The translations under genes and the position numbers were made by a program. A model generated the notes under the pieces. It searched no databases, was not told where the DNA came from, and was given only the letters and a program-made list of their open reading frames with translations. Below are positions 37,401-49,241 of a stretch of DNA of 64,000 nt, piece after piece. Source of the stretch: Klebsormidium nitens (taxonomy: Eukaryota; Plantae; Klebsormidiophyceae); the NCBI GenBank assembly GCA_000708835.1, contig DF237212.1:54734-118733 (forward strand), given 5' to 3'. The number at the start of each line of letters is the position of its first letter. The first letter of the stretch is position 1.

Positions 37401-38261
37401 AGCTTACTAGGCTGCCAGCGGAGGTGGTGTGGAGCCGTGACGAGTTCACGGCCTACCTCATCCTTCAGTCTTACCTAAGTGGCGCCCTGCCAGTGGAAAA
37501 TCTGGCGGCTCTGGAGGACAGGTAGGCTGCACGGACTGGGTAGATGCTGTCTGAAGTCAAGGACTACTGCCTGCATATACGCTCTTTCTAATCTTCTGTT
37601 AGGGGCATCATCAGTATGTGGCGAGGCCGAGAGCTATGCTAGCAACGATTGCAGTCTGCTCTGATTTGTCAGGACTTTGACACGTTGCTTTTGAGTCGGT
37701 TGACTTCGCGGTCAGCGCCAGCCTCGTTGTGAGATTAAGGAAGTGCCTTCGTCAATGATAATTGCTACCTCTGCAGGTATCCTGTGGAAAGCCAGGGACC
37801 CATCGTGCATGCACTGGCAGTGTGCAAGGCAGTCGCGGCTGGAGACTTTCTTAGCTTCTTCAGTCTCCGAGAAGCAGCGCCAAATTTGAACGGCATCATC
37901 ATGGGTGAGCTGTCTCCTGTTTCTTCCAGTCTCACAGTGTATGATTGAGGTGCCGTTCAGGTTCTAGCACAGCTTACATCTTGAAGTGGTATCTTATTCT
38001 CTGTTTGTGCCAGAGTCGGGACTCTCATCTGCGCTCTGGAGCTCGAGGGCTGGTTTATCATAGGGGTTCGTTCTTACGAAGCTTGATTGCTCTGCAGATG
38101 CTGTGGCCAATCAAATGAGGAACGTGGGGATAAGAGACATTCTGGCCGCCGCCGCAGAGCACGAGCTCGCAGTCGACCAAATGGCGGACCTCTTGGGCTT
38201 CCGAGGTAACACCGCTGCCTTTGCTGACTGGATGGAAGCAGAAGGGTTTGCTGCCCGCTGA
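34444..38261 (+). CDS. Tandem CCCH (TTP/TIS11-type) zinc-finger protein fused to a C-terminal SAC3/GANP/THP3-like domain
   Basis: Exons 34444-34503, 35049-35111, 35304-35357, 35607-35644, 35902-36817, then four more. Fingers: [26 protein letters not shown]-x18-CEWLASGRECPYGRRCHFKH. C-terminus: VRVLETMARDAVQHADWNWFSQCRAQL...DEFTAYLIL...HALAVCKAVAAGDFLSFFSLREAAPNLNGIIMD...QMR...LLGF. Confidence 0.85.
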
Positions 38262-39695
38262 GGCTCCCGCTCGGTGCTTTCATGGTGTAATGAATCGCGA
38301 ATATCAGGGAAATTAACGCCAGATTAGAGATATTTATGGTCTACATCTAGTAGATCAGCGTCACAGATCAGGTCGATAAGTTAATATTGAGTGGGAGAAT
38401 TGTATTGTCAACGAGTTCTCTTAGAGTCCTTAGAATATTGCTAGCTGTGCCTCAGGTGTGCCCAATTCAATTCAGCTATAATCAGCTTATAGTAATCAAG
38501 GAACTGCAGTTTTGAGCTCGACTTGTCTGTAGCAAGAAGGTATATGTGCTTGCCTGTCTAAAGTAGCTGTCAAGAGGTACATACAATTGACGGTGCGCAT
38601 GTTGTATTTGATCTATGGTGGTCAAAAACGTTAGTTTAGAAGCATAGCCTTGTCCATAGCCGTTTTTGCTGTCCATCCTACTTGGATTGATGGTGCTCGA
38701 TTCCTAATTCATTGCGCACATGGCCGATCATCAATTGGATTCTCGTTTGTGGACATGCTGGGTAAGCTTAGTCGAAGATGAGCAATGCTCACCTGTTGAT
38801 ATGAACCCTGCGATATCGGATGCATGATTGTGAAGGCCCACCGTCGACTTCAAACAAGGATATTGCAAGACATATTGTTAATTTTATTAAGTTGTATACT
38901 CAACCATTCATCCACTTGGTTTTTAGCTTTATGTACATACAATCGAATGTCCAGGCCTTCCTTGATAACGCTGGAGTAGCTGGGCGGGGCTATCGCAAGG
39001 ATCGTCTGCGTCAAAAACTGCTTGCTCGTTATCAATCATTGTCAGACTCATCGCACAAAAGTCGGAAACATGCATGCAAGCACTATAGACCAGTAGCTGC
39101 AACTGAGTAAATATGATGGTAGAGAGTCTTTCATGAACCTGCTTCGCATTTTGGGATCCACCTGCGCGTCCAATTGTGATGATTGAGCGCAAATTGATCC
39201 GTTTCAAGACCCGATTCATGGGGGCCAGGTCGAACTTAAAGGGACGGCATAAGACTTGCTGGCATGCAGATATGCGGAATCATTGAAATGGAGGGGTATC
39301 TCTTGTGTAACAATATGTGATGACTTAGTGTCTTCAAAACATGTGCCCGACATATAGGTAGGGTAGTATGCGGGTGGGTGCTATTGTGCAGCATGTGATC
39401 TTTGGGCCTTAGTTGTGATTCCGCTTCTATCCAACATTCAGGAAACACTCAATTACCAGCAAACAAGTCTCTTAGAGAGATAGAGACTACTGGCTTCGAC
39501 AAATGCACATGAACCTACTGAAGGCCTACATTGGACAGAGGCTGCGCTATGATGGTCTGAATAGAGCAATGCAATCGCAAAATTGACTTACATATCTGGC
39601 CCAGTGACCCAGGCACTTCTTTATCAGTATTGTGCAAAGGCGTCCCAGAAGATAAGGCAACTCAAAAAATAACAACGCAGCAGTCTCCGCATCTC

Positions 39696-40857
39696 TTATA
39701 CAAGCACCGGAAGCTTCTCCTTCAGGAGTTTGTCCAACTTAGCTTTAGTAATGGCCCCCTCATTGTGAGTTAAGAGCTTTCCGGATTCGAAAATAAGGAC
39801 GGTTGGGAGGCCGTATACTTTGTACTTCTCGGTGGTCTTCGGATTTGCCTCCACGTCTACCTTCACCACCTTCAGCTTCCCATCATATGTCTGCACAAAA
39901 CGTGTGTACAATTGAACCAGAACTGACCAGCCACATACTAGACATCACAGTCCAACCTCCGTCTCACTTTCAAGCGTCACAGCCCACCCTTCGTCTCCAG
40001 TACTCTTAAATTGATGTATTTGTATTGTGGCCACAGGGGTACAGATGGGCGAAAATCTGATGACTTGACGACCTGAAGCTTGAAGCTTGCCAAAGGGTTA
40101 CAGGCTTCAACAAGTCGATGAGCGCAACTGCTGCCGGGCTGCTGACCTTCAAGATCTGCTGGCAGCATCAAATACCCAAGCAACACCACAAACCCTAATG
40201 CTGAGCGGCCTGACGAAGACCACGGATGCCTTTGGGAGAAATGTGCGGCTCAATCGGATTCTTTCTTTGTGACCACATCGACATTTGCGCGAAGCAGAAA
40301 GCTCAGCAAGATGCATGCAGCAGAGCGCAAACAAGTGTGGGGCGTCAACCTTCCTAGTATTCCAATTCTAACAAACTCCTCCAGAGTAGTTCAACAGCCG
40401 TTTAACCTAGTGTCAGCATTGTACTCACCTCTGCTGCCCAAGTCATGAGTGGTGCTACTAGCTTGCAAGGCCCACACCAGCTGGCATGGAAATCTACCAG
40501 CACCGGAAGCGGCGACTCAACTACTTCACTTTCAAAGTCAGCATCCCCAATGTCGGCAACCCCTCCCGCGCAAACTATTGAAGGGGAGCAGCTTCTCTGT
40601 CCAGATGGGCACGGCCCGCTCTTGTGCGTCCACCTGAGAGGTAAGCCCGAAGCAAAGGAACTCCTCAGGCGCAGCCCAGATGATGTGTCTGCTGATGCGA
40701 GAGCTCTTTTTAATGAAGGAGCTGCGGACTTCTTCAGAGCTGGCAGCCCTGCAACACAGGATTGCCGGCTGTCTGCGGAAGGGCGGCTCACACCCTGAGC
40801 GTATGCGCACGGACGAAAACACAGCGACTGATGCGCGGCGAGAGCACTGGAGCCCAT
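39696..40857 (-). CDS. TRX-x: Plastid thioredoxin x, two exons, with transit peptide
   Basis: WCGPC active site in [19 protein letters not shown]; x-type signatures KVYGLPT and EGAITKAKL; Ser/Ala-rich N-terminus. Confidence 0.9.
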
Positions 40858-41219
40858 GATGCAGAAATTCTTTCCCTCAGGACAGACCTTTTTGTTGGAT
40901 GCTTAGCTAAGCTGGCAGCTGGCGCCTTTCCTCACGAATCCAATCCAGTGCGCAAGGCTAGATACTCAGAGTCGGATAGGGTACGGTAGTAGATAGGTTG
41001 AGCTGAGCCGAGGATCACACGCACCACGTGCAGGCTCCTCTCTCTCAAAGTACCTACGTCACCCCAAAATGGTTAGAAGCTAACCTTGACGTTTTCTTTG
41101 CCGTGCACTGAAAGACGTCTCTCGGGGACGGAGCGACGTGGAACCACGGGCCAGACTGTTCCAGCAAAGTGACGTTTACTAAACCGACATGTAACGTGGC
41201 TAGGCTAGGTTACCGTCCA

Positions 41220-41244
41220 ATTGGCGCGGGTTAACTTTCCCGCC
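41220..41244 (+). promoter_or_regulatory. Two E2F-type sites (ATTGGCGC at 41220, TTTCCCGCC at 41236-41244) upstream of POLD3
   Basis: Canonical WTTSSCSS / TTTCCCGC matches about 165-190 bp before the start of a DNA replication gene. Confidence 0.6.
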
Positions 41245-41408
41245 AGATACCATGGAGAAGGCCCTTGAAAGTGCGTGCTGCACTGCAGACGCCAAAAGTT
41301 TGTCAAAGCATCCTGATCAGTTCTGTGCAGCTAACAATGGCTGCCATTGGCACTTTCCTGAGCATCAGTCAATAGTCTACCCGTGCGTCTTCCTAGACCT
41401 ATTGCGCC

Positions 41409-44400
41409 ATGGCTAGCAACGAGCATGCTCAACTGTTGGACAATCTGGACATGCTCGTGGCAGACGAGAAGAAGATAGTAAGCTGTCTCTCTTTCAAAAG
41501 CGCCTGAGGAACAAGCTGGTGCAGCAATGCCTGGCAATTTCAATGGGTTTCAAGAAGCTGCACTCACAGAAGTAGCCTCTGGACTTCTGGTATCTCGTAA
41601 TGCTGCCGGGGTTTCAATTTGGAGCTCGTGGAGTCTGTTCGTTTGGAACACTGAGAGCGCCAGTGGTTGTCGCATAGATCTCGAAGCACCGGCGCTCTCA
41701 TAGTTCCGAGCAGATCTCAAAGCACCGACGCTCTCATAGTTCCGAGTAGAAGTCAAAGCACCGGCCCTCTCATAGTTCTGAGATTTATGACTGTGCAGAG
41801 GTTGAGCGTCAGATTGATAAGTTTAGCATTCCCAGCTCACTTTCGCAGGAAAACTTTTGGACGGAGTGCTTCACAACATTCTCATGTCTTTAAGCATATC
41901 TTTTCCTGAATTCTCAGCGCCTTTGCTCATTTTGTCCAGGTGTCCTTTAAATGGCTCAGTCGAGCGTTCTCCCTCCCTTCAAATACTGCCAAAGAGTGAG
42001 CACATTCTGCTCAAGACCTCTTGAAAGGCTTGACTCCTTGCTACATATTATATATTTGAGCCACAATTGAAACATGCTATGTTGCACGAAGTGAATGCAT
42101 GAAGAGATTGGGATCCCCCACTGTACATGGAATATGCTTCTTATTTTGCCATTCAGCTCAACACATGATGCAGAATTGAGAAGCTCTTACGAGCAGCTTC
42201 CTCTGATCTTTGCATTTCTTTGCAGGGTCCTGAAGGCATATGCTGAGAAGAAGAAGGACGCAGTGAAGGTAGTGTACCTGGTGTCAGGTTGGACCCGCAA
42301 TGACTCACGTGCATTCTCCCTCCAGTTGGTCGGGCCAAGTAGCCTCGAAGGTAAGCCCCAGTCGGTCTCGTCAGCTCAACCTGGTTATGCAGGTGTGTCT
42401 GCAGAGGCAGTCGCGGGGGTGTCTGCCTGCAGAGTTTCTTGGAAGTATAAAAAACTTTCAGGAACTTTTCGGACTTTCTTCTCAAATGTTTGTTGTAGTG
42501 AAGCAGATTCTGTGGGAACAAAAGTGTAGTGCTGCGAACCTGCGGATTGTGGCTATGCACTGAACTGTGCGGGTGTGCAGGGGCCTTGGCAAACTTGGAC
42601 GAGGCATCGTCCCATGTCTACAGCGTACAGCCGTCCATTCCCAAGGACCCAGCTGCTCTTTGGACCCCGGACTTTATCCAGGCAGAGGAGCTGTTCAACC
42701 GGCCGCCAGAGGAGGATAACTGTTTGCGGAATAACAGGTAAGGACGAGGACAAGGTCACTGATGAACAGCTCAAGCTCATCTCATGAACCAGCGATGTCT
42801 CAATGGTGTTATCAGAGGTCTTTTGGAGTTATACTGTGGCGTTCTGGTGCCCGTCTTTGTGATGCAACTTTCTCGAGAGTTAAGTACAGGAGGTCATTTG
42901 CTTCAATCTATCCTCTCCTCTGCAGCTTGAGTGGTGTGGTGTTGACGAACGTCAAATGCAACCCGGGAGGCAGGCGGAGGGCTGCTCCGCCCCCCTCGAA
43001 TGCTGGCGAGGGAGCGCTCAAGCCAGTCGTTCCAAAGGGCACAGCCGAGAAACCTGCGACGCCCCCCGCCAGTCCCGTTGTCAAAACCGAGGAGGTTGAA
43101 GCCGCAGCGCCCAAAGCTGCGAAGCTGGGGGCAGCCCCGAAGGCAGGGCCGGCAACTGGGGCAAAGGGAACGAAATCGAAAGCGGCACCGGCAAAAGGGG
43201 GCCTGGCGAACCTGTGGGGCAAGGCGCCCCCCAAAACAAAGGCCGCTGCTGCAAAAGTAGAGGAGGTGGGGGGCGTCAGGGGGGGTGATGCTGAGGCCCG
43301 CATTCGAGTGATGGAAGAGGCGGAGGGGGGGCAAAGCAGTGGGGAAGAGGAGGAAGAGTTGGCCCCCCGGGGGCGGGCAGGGCGGCGGAGACGGGTGGCG
43401 CTTGACGAGGAGGAAGAAGAGGATGACGGGGGCTCTGAGGGGGCTAATGGCGGTGACGTTGCGATGGAAGATGCGGAGGCGGCCGACCAGGGGGCTGACG
43501 TCGTCATGCGTGAAAGCGAGGAGCCCGAAGCGGGGGCGGCGGAAGAAGCGGAGGCGATGGATGCAGTTGATTTGAATGAGACGACACCTCCCGAGGAACA
43601 CTTGGAAGTGAAGCCGCCAGTTGCTGGGGTCGGGGGTCGAGGGGCTGCTGCGAAACGAAGAAAGATTGCGAGGAGCACTTTTGATGAGAGGGGAAGAGAA
43701 GGTGCGGCCTCCCAACTGGCTTCGATTCGCCTATGTTGCTTCAAGTCAAAGCTGCATCTGTAACTGTCATGCTGTTCTCGTTGGAGGCCGAACTGACGTT
43801 CGTGGATTCCAGATGCTCTGGCTGTTCTGGTCAAATTCAGCGGACGGTTTCCGTGAGTTCTTAGGGGGTTCAAGGAGGCAACCGCTGATACTTCGAGGCA
43901 ACATTTTCGCTTTCAAAGAGTGCATGGCGTTAGCATTCTATTTGCATAGTCATCCTTTGAATGAGCATTATAGTTGACAAGTTCCTCGCAATCCAGTCTT
44001 GAAATCAAAAGCTTATCGTCGACCTTGTGGCAGTCGTCGAAATGGTTTGGGAGGACGAGCTGGGAGGCGAAGGAGCGGAAGCAGTTGCTGACGTTGCCCC
44101 AGAGCCCATCAAAGCGGAACCAAGGTAGGTCTGCACGAGAGTGCTGTTTCTTTGACTGGAATCGGCATGCGCGAGCAGAGCCAAACCTGCGAATCGGGTT
44201 TGACGCTGCATGGTCTGCGTTGGTCGGAGTATCTTTGCTGAGTCTCACAGGCGATCATGGCACGGTCACCCAATCACAGAAGATTCACCCGACGTTGATG
44301 TATGTGCGTCATTCGCTCCCATTAAGAACGTCCACACGTAAAGGATTTCGAGTCTTTTCAAACCCCTTAAGGACACTAGTTGGCGCGATCTTATGATGCA

Positions 44401-44552
44401 GACCTCCATCGCCACCGAAGCCTGCGCCCAAGAAGGCGGCTGCCAAAGAGGCCGACAAGCCAAAGGCGCCAGCGAAGAAAGCTGCTCCTGCTGCCAAGGG
44501 CGGCAAGAAGGGGGCTCAAGGGAATATTATGTCTTTCTTCAAGAAGAAGTGA
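41409..44552 (+). CDS. POLD3: DNA polymerase delta subunit 3 (Cdc27/p66)
   Basis: MASNEHAQLLDNLDMLVADEKKI|VSFKWLSRAFSLPSNTAK...VYLVSGW...HVYSVQPSIPKDPAALW...GGLANLWGKAP..., acidic/basic disordered middle, C-terminal PCNA PIP box QGNIMSFFKKK*. Confidence 0.93.
41676..41782. repeat. 3 x 36-bp tandem repeat in POLD3 intron 1
   Basis: Unit approximately AGATCTCRAAGCACCGRCGCTCTCATAGTTCCGAGC, starting at 41676, 41712 and 41748. Confidence 0.9.
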
Positions 44553-45372
44553 CGTGGCAGAACACGCTCATAGAACTTCGTCCTGAAGAATCTGGAAATA
44601 TCGATGTGACGAATGCTAGCTGGCGTCATCGATGCGTTTCTGGCTGACATGTTACTGAACAAGTTGCTTTTGTCAGGATCGCTGGCGGTCATCATTGCTT
44701 TCCCTCTGGATGCATATTGCAACCAAGATTGGGTTCCCAGCTTTGATTGGTGCAAAGTTTGGCTGGACAACCATCTAATAGACACGGATCCAAGAACCCA
44801 GTGATGGCGCATGTCCCGCAAGGAGCTATTGAATGGAGGAATTGTTTCCAGTTGAGTATACCTACCCGGACCTCCTTACTGCGAGCGTTACACAATCATC
44901 ATTTTCGCGAAAGGTATCCATGTGCATGTGCATGAAATACAAAGAAGATATAAGGAGGGCACTGCAGCAGGCACTTCAGCACATGTACCGTTAAGTTTTA
45001 ATGAACAGCACGTCACCTATTAGTGGTAACTTGCATGTCTGTGGGAACACGTCTGCACAAAGCACATGCTAAGCATGATGCATGATGCTTGATTTATTTT
45101 GCAGAATGCATGCCCTTAAACCGAACAAGGTTTTTGAAACCTTACATGTTACCCACAGTTGTACAGTAGTAACGCGTGGGATGATTCCCCCGTAAACGTT
45201 ACTGACCGCGAGCTATAGCTAGCTACACCGCAGCAATCCCTCCACGCTAACTACTCCGTTAGCCCAAAGTTTTCCACCACTTGTCGAGCTTGAAGTCATT
45301 TCATCAAGGGAGCAGAACGACTATACGGTATACCGTAGTTGCATCCTTCTGGCAGCCAGTCCCGCGGATCCA

Positions 45373-48300
45373 ATGGCGCCTGGGAATCCAGCATCCGGCA
45401 TTGTGTTACATTTGGACGACTCCGCTTCTTCCAAGACCGTTCTTCTGGTTTCCAATGTGGTGCGCTGGGTCAGTGAGGTGGTGGTGGAGGTTCAGAATGA
45501 CAGCAAGGTGAGCCGCTGGAAAATAGACTCTGTACGTAGTAATGATCAGAAAAACGCGCAGAACCGCTGGTTTCGTCCTTTTCTTTAGCAGCTTCAAACT
45601 TCTTAGGCTGGCCGTTAGAGGACTCATGTAGATCTGTTGGCACTATCCTGTGCTCCTTTCAATGCAGACAAGGTCGATACAGATAAGAGCAAACCCTGTA
45701 CCACCCTGCCACAAGTCAGCATTGGTACGTATGAAAATGTCAAATGCTCCCTGCAGGCAGGGCCCATTGCGCAGACTGTCGATGGGGAGGTTTCTGGCGC
45801 TGGTACCATCTCGCGATATCTTGCGCGAGCGGGGGGCGATGTCTGCTTCGGTAGACTCTTTGGGGAGACCCCAGAAGCGCAGGCTGGGGTGAGAATGATC
45901 GTAAACCTAATAGAATTCGAGCCTATTTACAACTTAGACCAGACCTTATGCATTTCCCGCCACCATCTGCAGTCAGCTACTGCTTGACAAGCACCGCACT
46001 TTTCAATCTCCTCTATTGCGCCTGGCACAGCAGGCACTCTATCGAATTCAACAGGACATAGAAACACCAGAAAGTTTGTCAGTTCAACAGGACATAGAAA
46101 CACCAGAAAGTCGTCAAATCAAAAGGCGAGCTTCTTCTCCCACAGGTTGCACAGTGGTTGACCAACAGCAACACCATCTTGACGAGCCCCACTGGTGTCA
46201 CCCCCGCCAGCCGGCTGGCTGCACTCAACGTGTACCTGCAGCCGCGAGCGGTGCTGTTTGGGTCCGGCACCACCATTTCAGTGGCAGACATCGCAGCATT
46301 CTCGTCTGTCCACAAGGCAGTGGTGAGCTTTCAACGTCTTTCCCAGCAGATCAATAGAAACCGCGTTGCTTAGATGCTATAACTGAGATTTTGTGAAAGA
46401 CCTGACCGCCACAACTTGTCCTTACATCTTTGGCTCCTTATGTGGGAAGGACAAACATAAGAATGAACCACTGTGCGGTTCAAGAGTCTGGCTTTGATCG
46501 CGCCTAATCATCTTGACTTCTATGTGAGGACTTTGCAGTCTCTTGTTGGCATCTGGAAGCACGGAAATGAGGTGTGTGTCTCCCTTTTCAGGTAGCGCTG
46601 AGCCCTGAGGACCAGGCCTCTCTGCCCCACCTTCTACGATGGTTTGACTACATCCAGCACGCCGGTGACATCAGCGGAGTCTATACGAAGATTCCGATCA
46701 AAAAGCCCAGCTTCAACCCTCCGGTAAGTGAATGAGTTCCGGAGGCTGTGCTATCTTTCTGCGGCTAGCAGATTCACGTGCTTTGCCTCCCTCGTGAAGT
46801 AAGGGGCCAAGGAAGCCCTTGTGTAAGAAGTAAATGTGAGGCCACAGATTGACAATCCGACCCGTCAATCTGGGTCACCTTTTTGCAAATACGCACAAAA
46901 AGCCCTGATTTCGAGCCTTCCGTTAATTGTCCAGGCCTTGGCAGCCCCTGCCCCTAAACCCGCCAAGCCAACGGAAGCAGAGAGCAGTGCATCGCCGCCG
47001 CCAAAGACACCAGCGGCCTCTCAAGCAACCAGCGAGACTTCTAAGCCCAGCGCTGGCGGCAAAAAGGAGCCTGCTGATACCTCGTCAAAGGCAGCCGCTG
47101 AGGCCAAGGCAGGGGAGGTAGGAAGCGATTACAGATTCCACAATTTCTGCAGTCTTACTTCGGAGACGTCTGTTGGTCGTTCTTTGCTCTTGAAGTTAAG
47201 GAGTGTTTTCTAGCCGCTAGACGGACTGACAGATTATGTAGCAGGGAGTGGTGGTAGTTGAAGGGTCTGTCGATTCTAAGTATGCCGTGTTTTGGCTTGA
47301 TATCGTTCCTGCTCCACCTCTGCTGCGGATAATATCAACACTGTTATACTCCGTGTCTTGTTTTGCAGGGAAAGGCCGATGATTCGAAGGAGAAGAAGGC
47401 CAAGAAGGAGAAGCCCCCCGCTGTGAAGAAAGAAGTGGACGTCAGCATTAGCGCTCTGGACATCCGGATAGGAGTCATCACCAAAGTGGCCAAGCACCCT
47501 AACGCCGACGCGTAAGCAGCCACAGCTCTCATCAAATGGTCTTGTCTCGATCTTATGACATCTGCTTAACTGGTGGTGCCCCTCGATCTCACTATCGGCG
47601 AGATGCTGCGCCGAGCAGATTTCGGCATCTTTACAAGAAGAACAAGACCCTTGGCACGTTGTCAGCAATGAAGTGCACGGCGACGTATTGCATCGTCCTC
47701 ACGATGTCCTGACATCCCCGTCGATCGCCCCGGCCAGTCACTAACAAGGCGAAGGAGCCCACCTTGCTTTCACACGTGAGTGAGACAAAGCTCTAAGCTG
47801 TTGTTCCATGACCACAGGCTTTACGTGGAGGACATTGATTTGGGCGAGGGCCCGCCGCGGCAGGTCGTCAGCGGCCTCGCCAAGTTTCTCACAGAGGAGC
47901 AGATGCACGTGAGGCCAGTGGCAGCCTGAGGTCTCGTCGCTACCGCAGAAATCTTCCGCTCTCTCTGCACGTCTTTATGCCAGTCTTCCTATCTGTTTTA
48001 GCCATCATTCTGGTGCCTTGAGACGCTTGGCTGCATAAGCAGCTTCTGCCAATCCGCTGCCAGCTTATACTGGTCCTGTAGAGCTTGTATAAAATCACAT
48101 CTTCTCAAATTACACTTGGAGTCCCGTTATGACGTCCTTGGTCGGTGCGTGTTCCTGCAGGGCCGAAAGGTGGTGGTGCTGGCCAACGTGAAGCCGGGGA
48201 AAGTGCGGGACGTTATGTCCAGCGGCCTGGTGAGATGCGATGCGCCCATGATTGCACTTTGACGCTCTTGCTCGCTGCTCGTATCTTGTATTCCGGTCTC

Positions 48301-49241
48301 CATCTACTTGGTGCTGCGGGAACGCGGTCACGTTCGTCCCTTGTGTTAGGGCTTTGCCTTTCATATGAGGCGGAACACCCACGGGGGAAATGGTGTCGCT
48401 GCGTTGTTCTACCAATCTTTTGAGCAAGCGCCGCTTTCCAAGATCCGCGTTTTTCAGTGGGTTCGCAAATGCATGCTATAAATTCCGCTTTCGGCAGAGC
48501 GAGATTGCGTGCTTTGGCGAAAGGATCGAGACTGCGATAAGTGATTACTCTTCTTGGTTACAGGTTCTCTGTGCTTCGAATGAGGACCACACGCAGTGCG
48601 AGCCCATCGTTCCCCCAGCTGGTGCGGAGGTGGGCTCGAAAGTCACTTTCCCGGGGTGAGTACAATTTGCGGACGACCGTTGGTGAAAGTTCGTAGTGTT
48701 CTCTGCGCTTGTAGGAGCTGTCTGAATACTTTCGCTGAAGCCGAATCGTTCTTCATTACTAACCGAGCTTCTCTTGGGCTTGCCTTAGAAGCCGTCTGTC
48801 TCGTCGCCGTTTCGCAGGAAACATTCTGTTGAATGTCACTAATGTCCGTCTCCTTTTCCTGCAGGTACGATGGCGAGCCGGAGCCTGTTCTGAACCCCAA
48901 AAAGAAGCAGCTCGAAAAGATACTGCCCGTGAGTATATCCTCTGATGGATGAAGTCTAGAGACGCAAGAAGTTGAGCTGATCTCATCGATTTCGATGCAC
49001 ATGGTGGTTCGTTGAGAAAGGCGCATCGTTGAAACTGTGCTCGTTGTCTTTGCTGCAAGGAGCGCCCAGCTGCGCTACTGCAAGGCTCCTGCTGGTAGGA
49101 AGAGGGATTGGAGCGCTTCTCTTTTTTATTTTGCAGGACTTGAAGACCGACAAGGATGGAGTTGCCAAGTTCCAGGCTGTACCCTTCACGACTTCCCTGG
49201 GACCGTGCACATCGTCCTTGAAAGATGCGATAATCAAGTGA
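45373..49241 (+). CDS. Arc1p/AIMP1-like aminoacyl-tRNA synthetase cofactor (GST-like N-domain + EMAP II/OB-fold tRNA-binding domain)
   Basis: GST-C-like 'VDQWL...LNVYL...SVADIA...HLLRWFDYIQ'; OB-fold '[41 protein letters not shown]...VVLANVKPGKVRDVMSSGLVLCASNEDHTQCEPIVPPAGAEVG...PVLNPKKKQLEKI'. Stop TGA ends at 49241. Confidence 0.92.
46047..46118. repeat. 2 x 36-bp tandem duplication in an intron of the Arc1p-like gene
   Basis: TTCAACAGGACATAGAAACACCAGAAAGT... starts at 46047 and 46083. Confidence 0.85.

Noticed and set aside
42903-43873. Long antisense ORFs over POLD3, and similarly over the GC-rich membrane-protein exons
   Set aside because: Shadow ORFs caused by GC-rich, low-complexity coding sequence.
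15226-46118. Intronic tandem repeats with periods 18, 36 and 36 bp
   Set aside because: Units are unrelated in sequence, have 2-3 copies and no spacers; not CRISPR-like; the shared period is probably coincidence.
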